From an uncultured delta proteobacterium (GTDB taxonomy: Bacteria > Myxococcota_A > Polyangia > Polyangiales > B10-G4), in NCBI GenBank assembly GCA_963727445.1, contig CAVSGI010000009.1:352001-416000 (forward strand): a DNA stretch of 64,000 nucleotides, given 5' to 3'. A program made the position numbers and the translations under genes. Below the pieces are notes generated by a model. The model did no database searches and was not told the origin of the DNA. It saw nothing but the letters and a program-made list of their open reading frames with translations. This document shows positions 40,272 to 49,687 of this stretch, in pieces; position 1 is the stretch's first letter, and every line of letters begins with the position of its first letter.

Positions 40272-41437
40272 TCAGGCGTCCGGCGGGCACGGCAGGAACA
40301 TCTCGAAGCGCGCCCCGCCGTCGGGAGCCGAACAGCAGCGGATTCGAGCCGCCCTGGTTGTCGATCAACGCCTTCGCGATGGGCAGGCCGAGACCGAGAC
40401 CGTAGGCCTTGGTGGTGACGAGCGGTTCGAAGAGTCGTTCGCGCTGCTCGTCGTCGATGCCGGTACCTTCGTCCTGGACCGCCAACAGAATCTGCGTGTC
40501 GCATGGCTCCGAGGTGATGGTGACCGTGCCCCCCGCGGGCATCGCGTCGAAGGCGTTCTCCAGGAGATTGCCGATGGCTTCGGTCACCTGAGCCCCGTCC
40601 ACCAGGGCGCGGAGTCCCTCGTCGATCGACACGTCGACTCGGATCTCGCCCACGGAAGCGTGAGTCTCGAGCGCAGCGTCCACGATGTCGCGGACGCTCA
40701 CCACAGCACGTTCGGGTGGACGGACGCGGCCGAAGTCGAGCAGCTCGCGGATGATCGAGTCCGCTCGCTGAACCTCTTCGCGAATGATGTCGACTGCCTG
40801 AATCGCGTGCGGATGAGCGTTCGGGTCCAGGTGACGCCGAAGCACGGCGCCCGCGTTGGCGATGGCCGCGAGCGGGTTGCGGATTCTGATGTGCGACACC
40901 GCCGGCGAGCTGGCCGAGGGCTGCCAGTCGCTCACGGCGAATCAGCCGCTCCTGCGCTTCCTCGAGCTGGTGCGTGCGCTCGGCCACCCGTTGCTCGAGC
41001 TCGTCGTTGGCGCGTTTGAGCGCTTCCTCCACCTCCTTGAGCGGCGTGATGTCCTTGATGATGCCCACCAGGTGGGTGACCTCTCCCTCGGCGTTGGTCA
41101 GCGGGACCTTCGTCGTGGCGAGGACGTGGACGGTGCCGTCCGCGTCGGTGATCGGCTCCTCTTCGATGGTGACCACGGCGCCGGTCCGAAACATCTCCCG
41201 GTCCTTTTGACGAAAGAAGTCCGCCTCTTCCTTCTTGAAGAAGTCGTAGTCCGACTTGCCCAGGAGCTCCTCACGGCCGAACCCCGTCATCTCGGAGAAA
41301 GCGCGGTTGACCAGCACGAAGCAGAAGCTCCGATCCTTCACGAACACCGGGTGGCCGATGTTCTCGACGATCGCCGAAAGGAAGGCGACGGATTCGGCAC
41401 CCCAAGGTGCGACGTCGTCCTCCGGAGCTTCCCCCAT
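40272..41437 (-). CDS. PAS-domain sensor histidine kinase (apparent frameshifts at ~40884 and ~40343)
   Basis: PAS (VFVKDR, LLGKSDYD), H-box GGVAHQ|IRNPL, N-box NLLENAFDAM, QDEGTGI, LFEPLVTTK, GLGLGL; corrected end GARFEMFLPCPPDA*. Confidence 0.88.
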
Positions 41438-41506
41438 CTCCAGAGCCTCGACCCGCGGAGCGCTCGGAGCAACACCAAAAGGAAACGTTCTGGCCGGAAC
41501 GACGAA

Positions 41507-42307
41507 TCAGCGGCCGAGACGCACGTGGTAGTGGTGCTGGCGCACCCGACCCTCGCGCGTGATCCGGACCACGTGCTCGTCGCGTCCGCCCAACCTGCCG
41601 TAGGCCTCGAGTGCCGCGTCGGGTGTCGCGATGTCGAGGCCGTCGACGCTGCGAACCAGATCGCCGTTCTGAAAGCCGAGGGCGTCCAGCATCGAGCCGG
41701 GGCGGATGCCGAAGACCTTCACACCGACGGTTCGCCCCTCCACCTCGTGAGGGATCACCCTCACCCACCGATCCCGAAAGGGCTCCTCCAGGGTGTCGTG
41801 GACGACGCTCTCGTCCACCTCCCACAGTTGCGGCCCCAGCTTTCGGATGTGCTCAGCGATGCTCGGGGACGGGTTTCCCAACAGGTGCTCGGTCTTGCGC
41901 GGGTCGAGCACACGCGGCCCGGCCGGCGCCGCAGTTGCCGCCGCCGGCATCGCGGGGGCCGGCGCCCTTCTCACCGCGAAGGGTTGCTGGAGCAACAGAA
42001 AATAGGCCAACCAGGCGGTCAGCCCGGCGATGGCCACCAGCCAGATCCCATGGACGAGCCTCTGCCGAGCGCGGTGTGGGTGCACGGCGTCCAGCTCTTC
42101 GAGGGAGGTGAGCGCACGCTGGGCCTCCGCGGCCGCGTTCAGCGCTTCGTCCCGTTGGCGGCGCAGCGCCCGACGGCGTGCCTCGAGCGCTTCGCGAAGG
42201 TCGCGGTAGGGGCCGTCGACAGAGTGTCCAGATGGATGGCCGGCCACTGACGGGTTGTCACTCGCGGTAGAGAAAGCCTTTTCCTTCGGGGCTCGGTGCA
42301 ACTTCAT
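41507..42307 (-). CDS. Membrane protein with GspC-like PDZ domain
   Basis: Coiled coil, TM helix, then GVKVFGIRPGSMLDALGFQNGDLVRSVDG; start uncertain. Confidence 0.7.
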   Translation of the reverse strand: MKLHRAPKEKAFSTASDNPSVAGHPSGHSVDGPYRDLREALEARRRALRRQRDEALNAAAEAQRALTSLEELDAVHPHRARQRLVHGIWLVAIAGLTAWLAYFLLLQQPFAVRRAPAPAMPAAATAAPAGPRVLDPRKTEHLLGNPSPSIAEHIRKLGPQLWEVDESVVHDTLEEPFRDRWVRVIPHEVEGRTVGVKVFGIRPGSMLDALGFQNGDLVRSVDGLDIATPDAALEAYGRLGGRDEHVVRITREGRVRQHHYHVRLGR

Positions 42308-42346
42308 GCCCCGTGTGAAGCAGGGCACGTGCCACTCGGCGAGCGC

Positions 42347-43024
42347 TCAGCTGCGGATGCGCCGCGCACCCGCGGGCGGGGTGAAGCCGAAGCGGCTCGC
42401 CGGGATCGCGCGGTCGAAGTGCATCCCGCTCATCTCGAACTTGTTCCGGTTCCCTTCGTGATCGTCGATGCGGATCTTGTGAACCAGGCCCGCGCGCGCG
42501 GGATTGGCGTCGACGAAGAGGAGCACCCGGCGGTAGCGGGGATCGGGGCGCCGCGGCCGGAGCTCGAGCACGTAGCCCGACCACCGATAGGTTCGCGGGT
42601 CGAGCAGACGGAAGGTGTAGCTGTCCTCGAGACGACCTTCACCCGTGAGAAAGGAGAAAGCGCCAGGGAGCTGGGCGCGGCTCATCGGGGTGTTCACGTA
42701 TTGGCCCGCGCCACCGTCGTCGCCGGGCTCCCAGACGGTGAGATCGCTGCCGTCGGAGACGATGATCTTTCCGTTGGGTCGCGCGTAGTCGAAGCGCATC
42801 TTGCCAGGCTTGTCGAAGCTCATCCGGCCGTGTGAGCGCTCGTAACGACTGTACATCCGGTTGTAATAGGTCTGGACGAAGCTGGCCTCGAAGCCTTCGC
42901 TCTGGTCGTAGAAGGTCTGCACCTGTGCGGCGACCGTGCGCGCTCGGTCCTGAGCGCTCGCGGGGAGCGCCGCGAGCAGGAGCAGGAGAAAGGGCAGAGC
43001 GAATGCGGTTTTCGTCCGAGTCAT
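42347..43024 (-). CDS. lolA: Outer-membrane lipoprotein carrier LolA
   Basis: Signal peptide; ASFVQ, KPGKMRFDY, IVSDG, FGFTPPAG. Confidence 0.88.
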   Translation of the reverse strand: MTRTKTAFALPFLLLLLAALPASAQDRARTVAAQVQTFYDQSEGFEASFVQTYYNRMYSRYERSHGRMSFDKPGKMRFDYARPNGKIIVSDGSDLTVWEPGDDGGAGQYVNTPMSRAQLPGAFSFLTGEGRLEDSYTFRLLDPRTYRWSGYVLELRPRRPDPRYRRVLLFVDANPARAGLVHKIRIDDHEGNRNKFEMSGMHFDRAIPASRFGFTPPAGARRIRS

Positions 43025-43194
43025 GCTCCTGGGACAGCCCGCCGCCGGGCAGTATTCAGGCGCGCCTCGGGACCTTCAGATTCCGGTAAGAAAGCGCCGG
43101 CACACGGCCGATTGCTGCGAAAGGAGGAAGGATTCCGAAAAGGAGGCCGTAGTTGGGGCGTAACCGGCTGTTCGACCGCCCTTCGGAGCCCCCG

Positions 43195-44178
43195 ATGACC
43201 ACTCAGAGCTTTGGAACCCAGGACCCCCCGAACCCGAGCCAGGCGCTGCCCAGCGCGCCCCCCACGTCGCAGCCGCCCTCCTTCGCGTCGGCGCCAAAGA
43301 AGGCCGACACCACCTGGGTGTGGATCGTGGCTGGGGTGGGCTGCGTCGGGATGCTCGGCCTCGGGATCATGGTCGCCGGGATCGGCGCGCTCGTCGCCTT
43401 CAGCACGGACAGCGGCGACGAGTACGGGGCGGTCTACGCGGATACCTACGACCCGTATGCTGCGGGCGCCTACGATCCCTACGCGGCTCCGACCGTCGAC
43501 CCTCTCGCCGCTCCTGCCGGCGACTCCTTCGGCGGGCTCGGCGCAGCGGGCTATGGCGTACCGGACGAGCCCATCGAGCCCATGCGCTACGTGCCCGTCG
43601 ACGGAAGCCCTTCCGAGGGTCCGGCCGACGCGCTGGTGACCATCGTCGTCTTCGCCGACTACCAGTGTCCCTTCTGCAGCCGCGTTCAGCCCACCCTCGC
43701 GCAGATCCGGGAGACTTATGGAGACGACGTCCGCATCGTCTACAAGAACAACCCGCTTCCCTTCCATCAGAACGCCATGCCCGCGGCGGAGCTCGCGTTC
43801 GAGGCGCGTGCCCAGCGCGGCGACGCCGGCTTTTTCGAGGCGCACGAGCTGCTCTACGATCGCCAGCAGAACCTGAGTCGCTCGGACCTCGAGCGAATCG
43901 CGCGCGATCTCCACCTCGACGCCCGTCGCACACGCCGCGCCCTCGACGACCACACCCATCGCGCCGCCATCCAGACGGAGATGGATCTCGCGACGCGCGT
44001 CGGCGCCACCGGCACGCCGAACTTCTTCATCAACGGTGTCCAGGTGCGAGGCGCACAGCCCTACGAGGAGTTCGCTCGTGTGATCGATCAGCAGCGCATC
44101 GGCGCGACGCTGCTCGTCGCCTCCGGCGTGCCCCGCGCACAGGTGTACGACACGCTGATGCGCGACGCCCTGCGCTGA
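43195..44178 (+). CDS. Membrane-anchored DsbA/thioredoxin-family protein
   Basis: FADYQCPFC, PLPFH, GTPNFFING, GAQP. Confidence 0.9.
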   Translation: MTTQSFGTQDPPNPSQALPSAPPTSQPPSFASAPKKADTTWVWIVAGVGCVGMLGLGIMVAGIGALVAFSTDSGDEYGAVYADTYDPYAAGAYDPYAAPTVDPLAAPAGDSFGGLGAAGYGVPDEPIEPMRYVPVDGSPSEGPADALVTIVVFADYQCPFCSRVQPTLAQIRETYGDDVRIVYKNNPLPFHQNAMPAAELAFEARAQRGDAGFFEAHELLYDRQQNLSRSDLERIARDLHLDARRTRRALDDHTHRAAIQTEMDLATRVGATGTPNFFINGVQVRGAQPYEEFARVIDQQRIGATLLVASGVPRAQVYDTLMRDALR

Positions 44179-44197
44179 GGGTCCGGCTGGCGCTCGT

Positions 44198-45687
44198 TCA
44201 GCGCCGCCGGCGCAAGCCGAGCAAAGCGAGCAGCGCGAGCACCAGCGCGGCGACCGGTGCCGGCACGCGGCTGTCGCCGCCGACCACGCGGCAGCCGCAG
44301 CCGATCGGTCCCGCGCGTCCGTCGAGCTTCCAGGGGTTGCACTCGAGGTGGGAGCCGTCGCATCTGGAGGCGCCGTCCGGCGCCGAGCCGTCGGGCGGCG
44401 TGCCGCTGTCGGGTACACCCGAGTCGGGCGGTCCCCCATCGGGTCCGGCATCGGGCCCCGCGTCCGGCGGCTCGCACCCGACGAGCGTGTCGTCGACCAG
44501 CCCGTTGCAGTCGTCGTCGATGCCGTTACAGACCTCGGTGCTCGGCATGCCAGGCGTACACGTGCCGGGAACGCCACCAAGGCAGGCCGGCGCCGACGCC
44601 CGGCATGCGCCGACGCCGCACGTCAGGTCGGGGAGGTTGTCGACCACACCGTCGCAGTCGTCGTCGATGAGGTTGCAGAGCTCGGGGCTCGGCGGGAGCG
44701 GGTCGCAGCGCCGAGGACGCCCGCCCACGCAGTTGGGGACGGATGTGATGCAAGCGCCGACGCCGCACATGCTGGTCCCCAGCTCCTCGTCGGTCCGGCC
44801 GTCGCAGTCGTCATCGAGGCCGTTGCATCCCTCGGCGCCCGGCATGACGTTCGCGTCGCACCGCGACTCTTCGGCGCTCACGCAAACGCGCGTGCCCGCG
44901 CGACACACGCCCGGCAGGTCGGTGGTGCAAGGGTCGCCGCGGCCCGGGCACATCACCTCGCCGCCGCGGATCTCGAAGCGCCACACGCCGGGAACACCGA
45001 CGTTCGACGTCGTGCAGAGGTCGAGAACGCTCATCGAGAGCGAGCCCGGTAGCGCGACGTAGTCCATCAGGTTGCCGGCGTCGAAGCCGGCCTGCGCGGG
45101 TGTGCCACCGAAGCCGCCGGAGCCGCTGCTCGCGTCTCCCGTCGTCCACTCGCAACGGTTGTAGCGAAACTCGACGTCGAAGTCTCCGATCCCCGGCGGC
45201 GCCGCCCGGAGGATCATCTGGAAGTCGTTCTGAAGGTCGTCGTGGGTCGAGTAGTAGCCGACGTCGTGCCAGGTCGCGACGAACTGTCCGGGAGTGATCG
45301 ACCAGTAGACACCGTTCTGCATCGGTGCGCCGCCGCCGCGCGTGTCGACGTCACCCCACCACGGGGCGATCATCGGTTGACTCGCGATCGGGAACGGGCT
45401 CGGCGTGAACGTGTAGAGCGCCGCGCCGAAGGAGACGTTCCCGTTGTTGTTCACGTAGAGCGAGGTGTAGGTCGTGCCGAAGAAGCCGAGGCCGTCGGGA
45501 AACGCCGAGCGCACGTCGATCTCGGCGCTCGACCCGTCGTCGTTCGCAGGGAGGTTGCCCGTGCCGTAGCCGCCGGGCCCGCCGAGACCCGAGAGCAGCG
45601 GTGCCGCCGCCGCGGGGGCAGGGGGAGCGCTCCGGCGAGGATGAACGCCGCGACGACCGCGCGAGGGATGAGCGTGTGTGTCTTCAT
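44198..45687 (-). CDS. Nidogen (NIDO)-domain surface protein with Cys/Asp repeats and MYXO-CTERM (frameshift ~45620)
   Basis: RBS + MKTHTLIP signal; NDDGSS, LYVNNNGNVSF, IAPWWGDVDTR, NDFQMIL; three CNxxDDDCxG repeats; GCGC + TM + RRRR tail. Confidence 0.85.
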
Positions 45688-45863
45688 GTGCCGCTCCCCC
45701 TCTAGGTTGCACGACCCGCGCCGTTCGATGAAGTACCCAGCCATGGATCGCCAAACTGAGCCAAGTTGAGCGGTGGTGTGTCAGCAAGGTCTGGCGAAGC
45801 GCTTCAATTTGCGGAGAAAAGGAGCAATTCCCGGTCGGCACGCGCCCTGCTTTGGAGGAGGGT

Positions 45864-47717
45864 ATGCGATTCCTCCTCCTCCCCGTCGGCTCCCTCACCC
45901 TTCTCGTCGCGTGCAACAGCGCCTTTCGCGAGCCCGAGATCATCGACGAGTGCTTCGACTGCTGCGAGGACGGGTTCTCCGACTGCGTTCCGCCAGACAT
46001 CGACCCCGAGCGCTCGCTCCCACCACTCGTCCAGGCGGAGACTCCGCCGCCGCCGTTGAGCGGCGGGAGTCTCCTCGTCACGGGCGATCGCGCCATCGTC
46101 GCCGACCCCGACCGCGACGCCGTCCACCTGGTGTCCCTCGCCTCTGGCGAGCCGGCGCGGCGCCTGAACACGACCGTCCTCGAGCCCGGCGACGAGCCGG
46201 GCCGCGTCGTCGAGGACGGAGCGGGGAGCTACTTCGTCGTCCTGCGCGGCGGCGGCGCCATCGCGCGCTTCGATGGCGCCCTCAAGTTGATGGAGCGCTA
46301 CGAGGTCTGCTCCTCACCGCGCGGCGTCGCGGTCTTCGAGACCACGCTCTACGTCGCCTGCCTCGAGGGCGACCTCGTCACCATCGACACCGCCTCCGGC
46401 GAGGAGCTCACGCGGCGGAGCGTGGGCGAGGATCTGCGTGACGTCATCGTCACGCCGGAGCGCGTCTACGTCTCGCACTTCCGAAGCGCATCCGTGTCGG
46501 TCTTCCCCCGAGAGGGTGACACGGAGATGCAGGAGCTCGTGATCCCGCCGGTGGTGGATCCGATCCGCGCCGCGATGACGCCCTCGGTCGCCTACCGGAT
46601 GATCCAGCACGACGGATCGATCCTCGTGCTCCACCAGCTCGCCGCCGCTGAGGCCCCCGTTCAGATCGCGGTCTCGGGTGGATACGGCGGCGTCGATTGC
46701 AGGCCCGGCATCGTCCAGGCCGCGATCACCGTCATCGAGGGCACCGAGATCGTGAACACCACGGCGCTCGGCAACCTGGTCCTGCCGGTCGACGTCGCCC
46801 TCGGCAGCGTCAGCGAGATGTTGATGATCGTCGCGGCTGGAAGCCGGACCGACGCACCCACCTCGGGCGGGTTCGCCCCTTCGTTTCGCGCACCCGCGGT
46901 CGCACAACTGCGCCTCCAGGATGCGAGGACCTCACCGACCGTGCCCCTGGGATGCACCTCGGGCGTCACCTACGACGATGGCCGCCGTCCGACCGCGGTG
47001 GGCTTCACCGACGACGGGCGCGCCGTCGTGCTCACCCGCGCGCCTGTCGAGCTCCACGTGCTCGAGACCGACGAGCACGTCGACCTTCCCGGCCGGGATG
47101 TGTACGACGTGGGCCACGAGCTCTTCTTTGGCGACAGCGGCGGCGGGATCGCGTGCGCGTCCTGTCACGCCGAAGGCGGCGACGACGGTCTGGTGTGGAC
47201 CTTCGAGGGGATCGGCCCCCGCCGCACTCTGGAGATCCGGGGCGGGATCCTGGGAAGCGAGCCCTTCCACTGGGACGGCGACATGGCGGACTTCCGCCAC
47301 CTCGCTCAGCAGGTCTTCTCGACGCGCATGCTCGGACCCGAGCTCCCGGACGAATACGCGGACGCCCTCGCGGCCTACATCGACGGCCTGACCGTCCCCG
47401 CCCACGGCGACCACGTCGATCCTCTCGCGGCCGAGCGCGGGCGCGCGATCTTCGAGAGCGCCGAAGCGCAGTGCAGCGTGTGTCACGGCGGCCCGCGCCT
47501 GTCGACGCCCGGCACCTTCGACGTCGGCACCGGCGGCGCCTTCCAGGTTCCGTCGCTGGTCGGGGTCGGCCTGAGGGCGCCCTACATTCACAACGGCTGC
47601 GCCGACACGCTCGAAGAGCGCTTCTCGCCGAGCTGTGGGGGCACCGCGCATGGCCACGTCGAGGACCTCGCCCCCGAGGAGCTCGACGACCTGATCGCTT
47701 ACCTGCACAGCGTCTGA
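45864..47717 (+). CDS. Lipoprotein with beta-propeller and di-heme cytochrome c (CCP/MauG-like) domain
   Basis: RBS GGAGGAGG; lipobox LVAC; CASCH and CSVCH; PFHWDG; VPSL...APYIHNG. Confidence 0.85.
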   Translation: MRFLLLPVGSLTLLVACNSAFREPEIIDECFDCCEDGFSDCVPPDIDPERSLPPLVQAETPPPPLSGGSLLVTGDRAIVADPDRDAVHLVSLASGEPARRLNTTVLEPGDEPGRVVEDGAGSYFVVLRGGGAIARFDGALKLMERYEVCSSPRGVAVFETTLYVACLEGDLVTIDTASGEELTRRSVGEDLRDVIVTPERVYVSHFRSASVSVFPREGDTEMQELVIPPVVDPIRAAMTPSVAYRMIQHDGSILVLHQLAAAEAPVQIAVSGGYGGVDCRPGIVQAAITVIEGTEIVNTTALGNLVLPVDVALGSVSEMLMIVAAGSRTDAPTSGGFAPSFRAPAVAQLRLQDARTSPTVPLGCTSGVTYDDGRRPTAVGFTDDGRAVVLTRAPVELHVLETDEHVDLPGRDVYDVGHELFFGDSGGGIACASCHAEGGDDGLVWTFEGIGPRRTLEIRGGILGSEPFHWDGDMADFRHLAQQVFSTRMLGPELPDEYADALAAYIDGLTVPAHGDHVDPLAAERGRAIFESAEAQCSVCHGGPRLSTPGTFDVGTGGAFQVPSLVGVGLRAPYIHNGCADTLEERFSPSCGGTAHGHVEDLAPEELDDLIAYLHSV

Positions 47718-47725
47718 CGCTGACC

Positions 47726-48541
47726 TCAGGGCAGCGCCTGCGACCACGCCGACAAGAGCGCCTCTGGCGCATCCACGTGCACCCAATGGCCCGCGCCCGA
47801 GATCACCAGGACGGTGGTTTCGGCGCGGGCCGCGGCGATGGCACGGGCCCGTTCGATGTCTCGTGCCTCGAAGACGTTCGAGGCTCCGCCGACCACGATC
47901 GACACACGGCACCCTTCGGCGGGCTCTTCGAGCGCCTGCCAGAGGTCGACGGCGAAGTAGTCGTCGAGGAGCGCGCCGATCGCGTCGAGATCGAGTCGCA
48001 GCACATAGCCGTCTCCTTCGGCGTCGACGTTCATCGCGAGCCACCGCGCGAGACCGCGGTCGTGTCCGCGCGCCATCACCGCGTCGACGAAGGCTTCGCG
48101 GGACGCCCAGCGTTTGGGGAGCTCGCGCAGCATCGCCACCACCGCGAGTGTGCCTTCGGAGCCTCGGCCATTCGGTCGCGGACCCGGCATCGAGTCCACC
48201 GTGACCAGGCTCGCGAGCGTGCGCCGTCGCGCGTAGGCGAGGGCGACCTTTCCACCGAAGCTGTGGCCGAGCACGCCCGCCACCGGAAGCGGCAGCGCCT
48301 CTTCGAGGGCGACGAGATCCGAGGCCGCCGTCGCGAGGGTGTGCGGCGGCGACAAGCCCTGAGACCCCCCGTGCATTCGAAGGTCGACCAGGCACGCGCC
48401 CCACTCGGGGCGCTCAGCGACCAGCTTGCGCGCGAGGCTTCGCCAGTTGCTCTGGCTGCCGAGGATCCCGTGGAGCACCAGGACCAGGCGCTCTGGCTCG
48501 GCGCCCCGAGCGCTCACCAAGCTGTGTGAGAGAAAGCTCAC
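47726..48541 (-). CDS. Alpha/beta hydrolase (YbfF/ABHD11-like)
   Basis: LHGILG, DLRMHG, GHSFGGK, AGHWVHVD. Confidence 0.9.
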   Translation of the reverse strand: MSFLSHSLVSARGAEPERLVLVLHGILGSQSNWRSLARKLVAERPEWGACLVDLRMHGGSQGLSPPHTLATAASDLVALEEALPLPVAGVLGHSFGGKVALAYARRRTLASLVTVDSMPGPRPNGRGSEGTLAVVAMLRELPKRWASREAFVDAVMARGHDRGLARWLAMNVDAEGDGYVLRLDLDAIGALLDDYFAVDLWQALEEPAEGCRVSIVVGGASNVFEARDIERARAIAAARAETTVLVISGAGHWVHVDAPEALLSAWSQALP

Positions 48542-48564
48542 AAGGCGTCCCGGTTCTCGAATCC

Positions 48565-48644
48565 AAAAGAAGGCCCCCGGCTGCCGCGGCACGATGCAAG
48601 GAGGGGAGGGACTGCACAATACCGAGACTTTGCGGGGGGCCTTC
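48565..48644 (-). ncRNA. Candidate small structured RNA / terminator hairpin with C/U-rich loop
   Basis: Stem GAAGGCCCCC/GGGGGCCTTC followed by TTTT on minus strand; loop TCCCTCCCCTCC. Confidence 0.4.
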
Positions 48645-48774
48645 GGGTAAAACGTGAGGCTGCTTCAGCTCTGCCGCAAGCCCAGCCTTGCCTTCGGCTT
48701 TTGCGCTGCCGTATACCGGGATCTCCGCGTCGACTGCGAAAATGCGAGGAGGGGATCCTCTGCACGGTCGTAAG

Positions 48775-48810
48775 CGAAGGCCCCCGAAACCCGGGGGCTT
48801 TCGTGTTTGT
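48775..48810 (+). terminator. Rho-independent terminator-like hairpin (possibly bidirectional)
   Basis: CGAAGGCCCCCG-AAACC-CGGGGGCTTTCG then TGTTTGT; lies just past the GST stop on the opposite strand. Confidence 0.7.
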
Positions 48811-48820
48811 GGCTTCAGCC

Positions 48821-49537
48821 TCACGCGTCGCCGTCTTCATCCAACTCCGGGTAGTGGCGAAAGAGGCCTTTGTCGTTGAAGGGCTGGCGCCGATCGGAGG
48901 CGAGGTACGCGGCGATCCTGGGGAGCGCGGCGACGCGCGCGCGATGCGCCTCGAGCGCCGGGAGCTCCTTCGCGACGCGGGCGTGCGCATGCGGCAGCGC
49001 GTGAGCGATCCCCTCGATCGTCTGAAAGAGCGAGAGATCGGCGTAGCTCATCGTCTCGCCGGCGAGCCAGGGACCGCGCGCGAGCACACGCTCGAAATAG
49101 CGGCCGAACTTCGGCAGGCGATGGGCGATGAAGGCCGCCGCGCGCGCCTTCGCTTCCGCCTTCTGCTCCTCGTAGTAGGCCTGCGGTCCGAGAGGGTGGT
49201 GGGTGTCGTGGGCCTCCACCACCAGGTCCGCGATCGTCAGTTGATAGAGCAGCACGTTCGCTCGGCCGATGGGATCGGCGGGGCAGAGCCCGAGGCGGGG
49301 CCCGAGGTAGTCGAGGATCAGCGAGGTCTGCGAGAGCAGGACGTCACCGTGGACCAGGATGGGGGGCGCGAAGGGCGGCGGAGAGCGGTCGTCGAAGCGG
49401 CCGGGCTCGTAGGGGACATCCTCGAAAGGGGTGCCGGTCGCCTCGAAGGCCAGGCGAACGTACTCCCCGCGGCCAGGCAGGCCCGACCAGTAATGAAGGT
49501 GGTATTCGGCACTCTTCCGATTTTCAGTGGTCGACAT
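48821..49537 (-). CDS. Glutathione S-transferase
   Basis: YWSGLPGRGEYVRL, PFAPPIL, LSQTSLILDYL, SYADLSLFQ. Confidence 0.9.
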   Translation of the reverse strand: MSTTENRKSAEYHLHYWSGLPGRGEYVRLAFEATGTPFEDVPYEPGRFDDRSPPPFAPPILVHGDVLLSQTSLILDYLGPRLGLCPADPIGRANVLLYQLTIADLVVEAHDTHHPLGPQAYYEEQKAEAKARAAAFIAHRLPKFGRYFERVLARGPWLAGETMSYADLSLFQTIEGIAHALPHAHARVAKELPALEAHRARVAALPRIAAYLASDRRQPFNDKGLFRHYPELDEDGDA

Positions 49538-49687
49538 ATTCCTCGAATGGGCAGGGCGTCTCGGCGGATTTCTGCTAAGGTGCGACCCCCGCTGCGGAGG
49601 GATGTCTGCGGGTGGGGGCCCGGGGCCCCGTTTTACCAGGATTTTCCGCGCCTGCGAGACTCGATTGGGGCGCCACAGGAGAGCACC

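Noticed and set aside
39596..41437. 613-aa PAS-membrane fusion protein in the ORF track
   Set aside because: Artefact of a frameshift in the kinase H-box; resolves into a histidine kinase and a separate membrane protein
45836..45851. Sigma54-like CGGCACG-CGCC-CTGCT before the cytochrome gene
   Set aside because: GG-N10-GC spacing fits, but the predicted start site (~45862) would fall after the strong RBS, so it is not called
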